Assembly (NCBI GenBank): GCA_043228905.1
Contig: JBHGNT010000003.1
Coordinates: 8,742,001-8,806,000 of the forward strand
DNA from: Azolla caroliniana
Taxonomy: Eukaryota > Plantae > Polypodiophyta
Direction of reading: 5' to 3'
Length of the DNA stretch: 64,000 bases
Positions within the stretch are counted from its first letter, which is position 1. The number at the start of each line of letters is the position of its first letter. Under the pieces are notes generated by a model that did no database searches, was not told the origin of the DNA, and saw nothing but the letters and a program-made list of their open reading frames with translations. Positions 50,601 through 62,029 of this stretch are shown piece after piece. Both the position numbers and the translations under genes were made by a program.

Positions 50601-52706
50601 TCCTGCCGTGTTTCAACATATGGCAAATGACATTTTCCGAGATTTTCTAGATATCTTTCTTATCATCTATTTAGATGATCTATTGATTTACTCTAGAACA
50701 CAAGCGGAGCATGATATACATGTCCGGAAGGTACTCCAACGCTTAAGAGAGTATAGTCTTTATGCCAAACTAGAGAAGTGCAGTTTTGATTGCAAAGAAG
50801 TTGAGTTCTTGGGTTATACCATTTCATCCAAAGGTATCTTCATGGATCTGGCGAAAGTTCAAACATTATTGGAATGGCATACTCCAAGTTCCATTCGCGA
50901 TGTCCAATGTTTCCTTGGATTTGCCAACTTCTACTGCAAATTCATATGGAATTATTCGATGATTGTATTGCCGCTTACTCAACTCACCAAGAAAAATCAA
51001 GCATTTGTTTGGACTCCTAAAGCAGACAAAGCCTTTACTCAATTGAAAGAGGCATTCACATCAGCTCCTATCTTAGCTCATGTTGATCCAGAAAAGCCAT
51101 TTATCATTGAGGTAGATGCATCCAACTTTGCATTGGGGAGCATCCTATCACAACCAGGTGAAGATGGGCACTTACATCCAGTCGTGTTTCACTCAAGAAA
51201 GTTTAATGTTGCGGAGATCAACTACGAGGTGCATGACAAAGAGTTACTAGTTGTGGTCGACTCTTTTGCGCAATGGCGACATTTCCTGGAAGGTTCGCCT
51301 CATCAAATCATCATTTATAGTGACCACAAAAATCTTACATATTTTCAGACGGCTCGAGTGCTAAATAGGCGACAAGCTTGGTGGGCGCAATTTTTAACTC
51401 ATTTTGATTTCAAGATCATTTTCCGCCCAAGGAACCAACAAGGGCAAGTAGATGCTCTATATTGACGCTCATTTTTGGCACTTCACCCTAGAGATCCAGC
51501 TTTCGACAATCAAAAGCAAGTTCTCCTTGGTCCAACAAAGCTACAAGCAACCACAGTTTGTGCCACGCCATTGGATTCAAGTCTTCTTGATACTATTCGA
51601 CAACAACTTAAAACTCTGATGATTTTGCTAAGGATGTCTTCACCCACCTTGGTCCAAATCATGCATTTTGCTCCACATTGCAAGGGACATCTTGGCGTTA
51701 TAAGGATTTCAAGTGGCAAGATAACTTAGTTTTCTACAAGAATCTACTTTATGTCCCTAATGGATCACCACGACTTCGAGTGTTGGAGCACTATCATGAT
51801 GCTCGTATGGCCGAACACTTTGGTATTGCCAAGACCATGGAGCTAGTGAAGCGATCATTTTGGTGGCCTCATTTACAACAATTCGTTGAAGATTATGTTC
51901 GCACATGTGACACATGTTGTCGAGCTAAAATGCCTAGGCATCATCCTTATGGGTTGTTACAGCCATTGCCGACTCCGAGCAAGCCATGGCAGTCAATTAC
52001 TATGAATTTCATTACAGATCTGCCACCTTCACAAGGTTTTGATGCTATTGTAACTGTAGTGGATCGATTTACCAAGATGACACATTTTCTACCCTGCGTA
52101 AAAAACATCAATAGTCAAGAAACAATAGATATCATTATGCGTGAAGTATTTCGCCATCATGGTCTTCCAAATGACATAATTAGTGATCGTGGACCGCAAT
52201 TTATCTCTCACTTTTGGAAGCACCTATGTGACGGGCTCCGAATCTCTTGCAAACTCTCTTTAGCATATCATCCCGAAACTGATGGCCAAACAAAGCGCAC
52301 AAATCAAACACATGAGCAGTATCTTCAATGTTTCATCAGTTATCAACAAGATGATTGGAGTCATATATTGCATCTTGCAGAGTTTGCATACAATAACACT
52401 ATACACTCTTCTACCAAGGTCACACCTTTCTATGCCTATACTAGCAACCATCCTCGATGGTATCTCTTGGACATTCCAATTATCTCACCAAACCCTAGCG
52501 TAGAGCAACACCTCCACCGACTACAACACCTTCAATCTGAGTTGTCTTCACATCTTCAGAAAGCTCAAGCCCAACATAAGGCCCATGCAGATCGACATCA
52601 TCTTCCGTCTCCATTCAAGGTTGGTGATCAGGTATGGTTGTTACGCCGTCACATAAAGACTACTCGACCATGTGATAAACTAGATTATAAACGCTTGGGT
52701 CCTTTT

Positions 52707-53535
52707 CCAAAACTACTACCCTACCCCTCCCCTTACCTTTGTTTCACGTACCCCCTAACCCCTTTAAACCTTCACTTTTCATTATCACGCATCTACCCCT
52801 CCCTCACTTTTACCTCTACCCCCTCCTTTCCCACTTTTAAGTTTTTTATCATCTACCCCTCCTCCAACTTTTCCCTATTTACACCTCTACCCTCCTCCAA
52901 CTTTTCTCTATTTATGCCTCTACCCTCCTCCAACTTTTCCCTATTTACGCCTCTACCCCTCCTCCAACTTTTCACTATTTACACATCTACCCCTCCTCCA
53001 ACTTTTCCTCTATTTATGCCTCTACCCCTCCATTTTTCCTTAGCCACCCTATACCCCTTATTCTAAACCAAATATTTATCCCTCTCTCTCTCTCTCTTAC
53101 TTTTTGGCCCTACACTTTTGCCCACATTACCTTCCCTTTTTCCCTATATTTTAACACCCTTACCAATACCCTCTTCTTCCTCAACATACACATGTGCACA
53201 TGTGCACATCCTTTACCCTCTCTCTTGCCTTTTTTTTCCCTTACACCCTCTCACCATTCCCTATTCCCTATCTTTAAAATCCTTACACCCCACTACCATC
53301 CCTTAATGTGCACATATACACATAGCACACCCCTACCCCCCACTCCCTATTTTGAACCCACACCCTCACTCTACCCCTCTCCTAAAATCCTATATAAATC
53401 CCCTCCCTTACCCTCATGGTCTTATGGCACTGATGAGCCCTTCGGGACGAAACTAGTTTGCCGGTTACGTAAGACCATGCACCCCCCCACCCACCAAAAA
53501 CCCAATGTAATTTTCCCTAATGATAATTACATGTT

Positions 53536-53583
<48 letters not shown>

Positions 53584-54362
53584 TCCTTTTCTAATTATGT
53601 TTTTACTTATGTTTTATCTCTCCCTCCCCCTTTTAATTATGTTCTAATCTCGTTTTTTAGTTGTAAATGGTACCTCTCTCTTTCATTTTAAGTAATATGT
53701 TAATCCCCTCCCCTCCCCTTACCCTACTTTTTAAATTTTAATTAGGTTTTTAATCTCGTTTTTTATCTTTAATCTTAAGTTTATTATGTTTTAATCTCGT
53801 TTTTAATCCTTAATCTTAGTGTTATTATGTTTTAATCTCTCTCTCCCTCTCTCTCTCTTTCAATTTATTTTTAACTAATAGGTGAATCCGTCCTACCCCT
53901 CCCATTACCTTGTGTTGCACTTAGGGTTATATATTATTATTATTATTATTATTTACGGTTTAATCATTTTATTAGTTTTTATGTTAGTCCCTTCCCTTCC
54001 CCTTACCCCACTTTCTAAACTTTAATTAGGTTTTTAATCTCGTTTTTTATCTTTAATCTTAGGTTTATTATGTTTTAATCTCGTTTTTAATCTTTAATCT
54101 TAGGTTTATTATGTTTTTATTAGTTTTTGTGTTTAGCCGCCACCCCCCTTCCCCTTTCTCCCTCTATTTCATTTTTCAATTACTATGTTAATCCCCTACC
54201 CTTGCCCCTCTTCTTAATACCTACTCCTATCTCTTCGTATACACCAAGCACTCTATCGATTCGGGTGCGCTCAATCGACCTTGGTGTTCCTCTTCTTCAA
54301 TATCTCCTCCGCTCGTCGATGATTCACCATTTCCGCACTCCTCGTCTACGACCTTGTCGTCA
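52707..54362 (+). mobile_element. Non-coding pyrimidine-rich insertion with hammerhead motif (Penelope-like/retrozyme-like candidate)
   Basis: Flanked by a 56-bp direct repeat of E integrase (52651-52706 = 54363-54418). ~30-bp tandem repeats, TATA box and a hammerhead core inside. Confidence 0.7.
53415..53479 (+). ncRNA. Type I hammerhead ribozyme motif (partly degenerate)
   Basis: CATGGTCTTATG-GCA-CTGATGA-GCCCttcgGGAC-GAAA-CTAGtttgCCGG-TT-A-CGTAAGACCATG: both core boxes and three helices present. Confidence 0.75.
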
Positions 54363-57300
54363 ACATAAAGACTACTCGACCATGTGATAAACTAGATTAT
54401 AAACGCTTGGGTCCTTTTGTCATCATGAAGCGGATTAATGATGCAACATTCTGTCTTGATCTTCCTGCAAGTTTGCGGCTTCATCCAGTCTTTCACAGCT
54501 CTCTTTTGGAACCTTACCACACCAGCTCGATTCCCAATCGTGTCGTGCCGCCACCACCTCCTCTCCAACTTGCTGATGGCCCAGAGTATGAGGTAGCCTC
54601 CATTCTTGATTCAAAGATTGTGCGCAATAAGTTGTATTATCTAGTTGATTGGCTAGGCTATACTCTGAGCGATCGCACATGGGAACCCGTCGATAGTGCT
54701 TGTAATGCTCAAGCTCTTATTGACAACTTCCATCGTCGGTATCACAACAAACCTGGCCCTACATTATTAACAACTCCTTCCACTCATCGTTTTAAGAGGA
54801 GGGATAGTATCATGAATCCGTGAACATAATGTGGCTTCATTTGGGCTTGAACCCAAGACCTTGTAATACATAATCAAGAACCTAACCATTAACATAGCAT
54901 ATGATTATATGAAATAATAAAAGTTACTTCTTGTAATAGACTGATATTGTAAATGTTCTAGAACATTCTAGAATATCCTAGAACATCTTAGAATATTCTA
55001 GGTCTAGAACATTCTAGAACATTATAGAAATCACTAGGTTATTCTATAGGAACCTATAAATATGGACATACAATTCTTCTCAAAACCAATTCGAATCAAC
55101 ACCAATCTTAAGCTCTCATCGCCTATCTTGTATCCATTCTTATTCTACTTTAATACATTCATTCTTCTCTTGTCATTTCATTCCTCTTCTTGTGATCTCT
55201 TTATATCTTTCTTCTATCACTTTACCTTCTCTCTTGGTTCTGACAGGGGCATCTCGGCCTTGCTGACCTCTTCTTCAGAATTCGGAATGGAGTCGAGAGG
55301 TGTTGGAGGTGAGGGTAAGTACCACAAAGCGGACTCGTCGAACACGACGTCTCGACTTACACGGACTTCCTTTGTTCAGGGGTTATAACACTTATACCCC
55401 TTCTACACATCTGAATAGCTGACCAAGATACACTTCTTGGCTTTGGCATCTAGTTTCCTCCTCTTCTCCTTCGACACGTGTACATACGCGATGCTGCCGA
55501 AAATCCTCAAGTGTGCCAAGTTCGGTGTCTTTCCGAAAGACAGCTCATGTGGTGACGCTCCTCCATTAGCAGAAGTCTGATTCTGCAAGTAGGCAGCCGT
55601 CCTCACAGCTTCGGCCCAAAAAAAATTCGGCATATGCTTCTCTTCAAGCATTACCCGAGCCGCGTCTACAATTGTCTGATTGTTCCGCTCCGCTACACCG
55701 TTCTGCTCCGGCGTATATCTACACGAGAATTCATGTCAAATTCCCTCCTTCTGTAGATAACATGTGAACTGGTCGGAGAAGTACTCCTTCCCACCATCGG
55801 ACCGTAGGCATTTGATCTTACGGCCAATTTCCCTTTCTACAAGGCTCTTCACCTTCAGGAAACACGTGAAGACTTCACTCTTCTTCGCGATTGCGCATGC
55901 CCACGTGTGTCAAGTGAAGTCATCGATGAAGGTTACAAAGTTACGGCTTCCACTGAGACTCACGTTCTGTGTCGGTCCCCACACATCCGAATGGATCAAA
56001 TCCAATGGATTTCGACTACGATTACGCTCATTGGGGAATGGAAGTCGGTGCGGTTTTCCCATCTTGCAGGCTTCGCAGACTTGGCCATTCCGGCCCCGAA
56101 ATTTCGGCAAGTCAAAAACAATGTTCTTCGTCCGCATTTCACGAAGCCGCAGGAAGTTAATATCGCCGAACCACTTATGCCACAGGCCTTTTGCGAACAA
56201 CGCAGTTCCGGCTTGATTAGTGTCGAGGATCAACATCCTCCCTTCACGGGGCCCTTGCGCAATTATCTTTCCTTCCTCTTCTATGAAGCAGCCAAGATGC
56301 ATGAATCGAACTTGCATACCTTGGTCGACGATCTATCTGACCGACACAAGGTTCTTGGTTATTGTCGGGACGTGCAACACGTTCATGAGCTTCCCTTTCT
56401 ACCCGACGTGGTTGAGGGGAACTTCACCGACATGTTCGATGGTATGCGGAGTGTCGTCTCTAGTTTCGACCACTCCTTGCTTTTCCAGCTTCTCCAAGTA
56501 CAAGAACCATTCCTCGTGACTCGTCATATGATTTGATGCTCCTGAATCAACATACCACACCTCGCTCAATTTCGAGGTGTTCACAGCCATCGAATTGGCC
56601 TTGTGCTTCATTACGAAGGCGGGGCCCGGTCCATTTCCGGCTTGTTCGGAGCACTCAGCGTAGTGCGACTTTTGACGCCTTCCTACGTCTCTCCCGCTCG
56701 GTCCGGCTTTGTCCGAATCGGCTTGTTTCTTCCAACACTCGGTCTCCCTGTGGCCTTTCTTTCCACAGTACCAGCATTCCATTGCAACCTTCTCTTGTCG
56801 GCATCCAACGCCACTATGACTCCCCATGCTTCCGGAGGGTTCAGAATTGCTTCCGGCATTTCGATTATGCCGTACGTTCTGCTCTTTTCGGCCGCCTCCA
56901 TTACGCGCCGATCTGCCTCATCCACCACGACCATGGGGCCTATCTTCCTCTATGTATAGCATCTTGCCATCGGTGTGCATGCTCATCGATGCACCCGCGT
57001 GGTTTTCCTCCACGAGCAACATTGACTGAAGCTCGAAGAATGAAGGCGTATTCTCCCTCGTACAGACCGCCGTTCGGAACGCTCCAAACTTGGACGCTAG
57101 CCCACCAAGGCACACTTGCACCATCTCATCCTCCTCGACGTTCACGTTGATGAAAGCAAGTGAGTCACAGATTTCCTTGATTTGGGTGGTATAATCGGCC
57201 ACAGACAGATCTTTCTGCCGGACATTGCTAAGCTCCTGTCTGAGCTGCAGCTTCCTGGCCGTTGTGCTTGCGGCGAAAATCCTTTTGAGATTCACCCACA

Positions 57301-58049
57301 CGTCCTTCGGCGTCTTGGCATCCCGAATATAGCTCAATAGTTGGTCTCTTACACAGGATGCAAAGCAGTAGGGAACTCTGCTTGCTGCTTGTTCCCAAGC
57401 CGAAAAATCCTTGTGTGTCGATTCGGGTGTTGTATCATTAGCTCCTTCGACATAACTCCAGTAGCCATGACCAAGCAGGTACTGGTGCATCTTGTATGAC
57501 CAAGATGGGTAGTTGCTCTTGTCGAGCTTCTCAGTCGGTAGAGAGCTTCCCATTCCTCTGTCCATGTCATTGTCTTTCTTTTTTGAAACCTATCTTTTTC
57601 GCAAGCTTTTCAATCGGTTGTAGAGGAGTCTCAACCCTCGCGCTCTAATACCATGTAAAAGAATATGAATGTGTGTGTACGACACAGAGTATAGTTCGGA
57701 AGTAAGATAGTTTGGTAAAACACAAAAAACGCAGAGATGGAGATGGGAGGGAGAGACAGAGAGCGAGAGAGCAGAACATCAAAAAACTCATATTCAAATA
57801 ATGGCTCTCTGTACATACTTCGTGCTTAGTGAACACCTTTTACATAAGCCCTGACTATCAGGCTGACACAAGTACTGACAGTACTTGAATGCTCATAACT
57901 GAGCTCCTACACTAACTCCCAAATATATTCCCTCGTGGAATATTTGTTCAACGGCCTCCCAGTTTCCGCACCGCTACGGCCTCGTTGTGCGTAACTGTTT
58001 TACACACCCAATTACGCACTGAATGTTGAGCTTGTCTCTGAACAAAGTG

Positions 58050-60149
58050 TTATAACCCCCGGACCCCCCGTGCAAGGAACCGAGGAGACGGTATACACGC
58101 AAAGAGAAGGGGAAGATGAAAATGTCGGAGTACGGCATAGATAAAGTGGCGTCGAATCAGGGAGAATTCGAAACCAATCAGAGCAAAGACAAACCTCAAG
58201 AGTTGAGGTCAGATGTGGCCAAGAGGGCCATTAAATCGGCGAATGAGAAGCTACATTGATCGACTCGCCACAACAAGCCAGTGATTAGGTATGGTTATAA
58301 TGAGTACATGGCACACCATTATGCATACATGAAGAAAGTGGCAGAAGTCTGTGAGCCGGAGAGCTATGCAGAGGCATCACAGGATGTCAAATGGCATTCA
58401 GCCATGCAGAAAGAAATGCAGGCACTGGATGCCAATGACACGTGGGACTTGGTTGACCCTCCCCGACACTGCAAACCGATCGGATGTAAGTGGGTATACA
58501 AAGTGAAATACAATGTCGATGGTTCAGTCAACCGATACAAGGCCCGATTGGTGGGCAAAGGATATGTGCAGACCCACGACATCGACTACGATGAGACCTT
58601 CGCACCAATAGCAAAGATGATGACAATCTGTGTGGTGTTTGCGGTTGTAGCAGCAAGGGGGTGGCGTCTCCGCCAGATGAATGTGAAGAATGTGTTTCTT
58701 CAAGGAGATCTTAAAGAATAGGTATACATGGTCCAGCCCCCTGGATTTCAGTCAAAGTTGAACAAGTCGAAAGTATGCCAACTGAAGAAGTCGCTTTACG
58801 GCCTCAAGGAAGCCCCCCATGCTTGGAACTCAAAAATCACACACCAGTTGTGTAAGATGGGGTTTTCAGCCTCCAAATCCAACTCTTATCTACTCATTCG
58901 GAAAGGTCTAAAATTTCTGTTGTGCATTTTGTTGTATGTAGACAACCTTATCGTCACCGGCCCTGACCTTGCTAAAATCGGCCAGTAAAGTCCAACCTAA
59001 CAAACGCATTCAAGATGAAGGACCTGGGGGACCTTCATTACTTCCCTGGGATCGAAGTGACCCACACCCCCGAGGGTATATGGTTATCTCAACGACATTA
59101 TGTGTTGAATATGTTGTACAAATTCGGCATGACGGATTGTCAATCCATCTCCACTCCTCTTGACAAAAACCTGAAGCTACGTCCTGACTTGGGTGTGGCC
59201 TGCGATGAGAAACGGGTCTGACAAATTGTTGGGAGCCTCATATATCTAACGATCACCTGACCTAACCTCAGTTATTCGGTCGGTGTAATAAGTCATTTCA
59301 TGCAGAGACCGACTATCGAACATCTTCAATGTGCGCATCGACTATTGTGATACGTGAGCGGCACGAAGGATCGAGGATTGTTGTACCGACATGGTATAGG
59401 CAAACAAGTAGTCGAATATATTGATGCCGACTAGGCCGGAGATGTGACAGATCAACGATCGACATCGGGTTTCATGTTTTTAGGTGTAACGTGGAGCAAC
59501 AAAAAGCAGTCGGTAGTGGCCCTATCGAGCACTGAGGTTGAGTATAGAGGAGCCATCGTCGCGACCTGTGAAGCTATATGGCTTCGGCGGCTATTGCAGG
59601 ACTTATAGGTCGAAGTTCCCATTCTAATTCTGATCTACTACGACAATATCAATAGCATGCAGCTGGCCAAGAACGTTGTCTTCCATGCTTGCACGAAGCA
59701 CATAAAAGTGCATTATCACTTTGTGCGAGAGCGGGGTCCTGAGCTATGATGTCAAACTCAAGTATGTTCGAACTGATCGGCAGGTCGCCGACATCTTCAC
59801 CAAGGCACTCAGATCAGACAAGTTGCAGTACTTTTCGGAGATGCTTGGGTTACAGCATCTCGACGTGCCGCACTTGACGGGGAGAACAGGTGGAACAACA
59901 TGTGGAGGAGAGCAACAGGAGGAAGTCGAAGAAGATGTCGAATTGACTAAAGAAGTCGACACATCTGGAAGAGCCGGAGCAGGCGACAAAGGCGATACAG
60001 TCAAGAAGGACAGAGCCAACTTGAAGAAAAAGTCCAGGACCAACACTTGGTCATATGTGGTCAAGGGCTTGAAAAAGGAAGACGAATTGGAGACAGTTAA
60101 TTTGGACAAGAGCGGGAACGAATCGGAGACATCGGACTCAATCGAATAG
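58050..60149 (+). pseudogene. copia B RT/RNase H remnant with C-terminal extension
   Basis: KPIGCKWVYKVK, RYKARLV, LYVDNL, ALSSTEVEY, QVADIFTKAL. Many stops. Confidence 0.85.
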
Positions 60150-60434
60150 TTCGATTCGGATGAGCCGAATTTCATGAAGGCCAAGCGTACAAGAGGGAAG
60201 CTAAAGTCAACGCTGACACGGAGGAGCCGACTGGTCGAGAAGCGCCAATGTCACTACAATGAGGGAGCTGAGAAGGGCCTGATGAACAAACAAGCCGACC
60301 GATGAGGTCGAGATGCGCGAGACCGGATGGGTCAAGGAGCACGAGCAAGGCTTGAAGACGCCAGGAGAAGTCGGAGACAAGGACCGATGAATGTTGACAT
60401 GATAGGCCAACCTCAAGTTGAGCTTGAGGGGGAG

Positions 60435-60870
60435 TGTTGAGCGAGCAAGCTCAACGTGGGCCGGATCAGCTGAATAAGCCAAGAGCCAGATCAGGTGAAG
60501 ACCGATCGGTTAGGCCCGAATCGAATCAAATGAGCCGGATTGGGAGTCGGATCGGTGAGCCAGATCCATGCAGAGCCGGTAGGCCGTTAGACGCCTATGA
60601 TCCTAGACTACTAGGAAGTTATATTCCTAAGAGTTAGTGTCAGTAGCTAAGTTATGAACTTTGAAGTACTTGTTAGTACTTCGGCCAGTCCTTTAAGGAC
60701 TTGTATAAAATTGCTCCCTGAGCACATTGTATGTACAGAGTGTTATTTTGAAATCGAGTTTGTTGTGTTCTGCTCTCTTTGTCTCTCCCGAGTACTCTGT
60801 GTGTTCTCCATTGATTCTCTGTGTTTTTTGTTGCTATCGAGCTAAGTCGGTTGTGTCTATTTTAGCTTAC
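60435..60870 (+). repeat. 3' LTR of copia B (3' end truncated or interrupted)
   Basis: Homologous to 4562-4960, preceded by the PPT. Terminal U5 bases and TSD not found. Confidence 0.8.
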
Positions 60871-61247
60871 ATAGTTTAAATCTTTGCAGTGCAACGCGAA
60901 TGAGCATGTTATTCCTCTTTTGAATAAATGCATTAATGCAAATGCGGCGCCCTCTCTATATAAAAGGAGGGGTAGAGTGCACATGTTGGGTCTTCTTAGC
61001 ATTTTGGTGTTTGGACTCCTTCATCTTCTTGGACTTTTGGGTTTTGGAGGTTTATTCTTCGAGTTTGCTTTAGGGCGAGTTTCTTCTCCAATTTTTCGAC
61101 CTTTTTCTCTTCACCAGCTCTTCTTTATACAAGGTTTGCGACATTCACTTGGGGTTTTCGACATTTTGAGCTCTTGGTTTTTGGCACTCATCTTTCGCCA
61201 ATAGAAGCTCGACCTCAATTTAGCGTGAAGGTATATTGTCCCTTCGC

Positions 61248-61379
61248 TTCATCGGTAGAGTTCTTGAACATCAAGAGTCACTACACACTTTCACATGTAT
61301 CATGTAAAATATAATATTTTTGGTCTCATAGATCATATTTGACCTCCAAATGAGATAATAGAATCTATCTATCTATCTC
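61248..61379 (+). mobile_element. 5'-truncated copy of the LINE 3' end
   Basis: Matches the reverse complement of ~32048-32190, including the (ATCT)n tail. Confidence 0.85.
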
Positions 61380-62029
61380 AATCTTCTTCTTCTTCTTAGG
61401 TGGGGCTTGTATTCTTCGTAAAATCATCAAGGAGATGTTTGGCAGGATCGCACACCAACCATTCAAAGGGAGGATAAAGTGGCATGAGAACTCTACCCCA
61501 ATTTGAGGCATTGTAGTCGTCGGAGGTATTTACAGTTTGAAGGGCCCAGTCTACTCGACATCACCAGAAGCTTCAACCCTTTCCCCCTTCCTATTTTCAT
61601 CTTCGTTACTTATTTTTGTGGTTAACATTGTTACCACCATTGTAATCATTCACCTCAAACCATTGTACACCCAATCTTATAAAGGGATTTCTTGTTTAAT
61701 CATAATGTTTTCCTTCTAAATGAACCTCTTTAATCTTAATCTTTCTTATCCCTCCTTAATGTTATGTTCATTATGTTAATCGTTTATTTGCTACATGTGT
61801 GGGAGAGGAAAAAGAAAAGAGCTTGTCGCTCCTTTCAACTCCTAGGAGCCTTCGAATCGTTGCGTCCTTCGACTCTAGCGAGCTTCTGAGTCCCACAAGC
61901 CTTCGACTCCTACGAGCTTCAGATTCCTACAAGGCTTCAACTCTAGGAGGTCTCGACTCTGATGAGCTTTCGAGACTTCAGAGCCTTCGAGTGCCCTAAC
62001 ATCCACACCCTCTTAGTCCTTGTGTCCTC

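Larger units (their letters stand above)
47790..55245 (+). mobile_element. Tcn1-like chromovirus E, full length but degenerate
   Basis: LTRs 47790-48227 and 54808-55245, TSD GAGGC / GGGGC, PPT AAGAGGAGGGATAG. gag, protease, RT YLDD, RNH, INT and chromodomain. Internal region closely related to C. Confidence 0.93.
44613..58044 (-). mobile_element. Copia G (same lineage as B), with nested solo LTR and chromovirus E
   Basis: LTRs 44613-45005 and 57654-58044, TSD AAGTG, PBS TGGTATTAGAGC 57642-57653. gag 57565-56918, protease YVDSGASNHMT, INT and RT fragments. Confidence 0.92.
4562..60870 (+). mobile_element. Old Ty1/copia element B, outermost host of the nested stack
   Basis: Homologous LTRs start TGTTGAGCGAGCAAGCTCAACGTGGG at 4562 and 60435. 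PBS at 5882, PPT GAGGGGGAG before 60435. Coding pieces are colinear across insertions: gag 5980-6152 and 37658-38755, INT 43753-44612, RT/RNH 58050-59900. Confidence 0.85.

Noticed and set aside
51678-53066. Integrase with a novel Pro/Ser/Phe-rich tail
   Set aside because: The tail is translation of the inserted pyrimidine repeats; the real integrase resumes after 54418.
61955-61990. Second CTGATGAG as a hammerhead
   Set aside because: No GAAA box or supporting helices follow.
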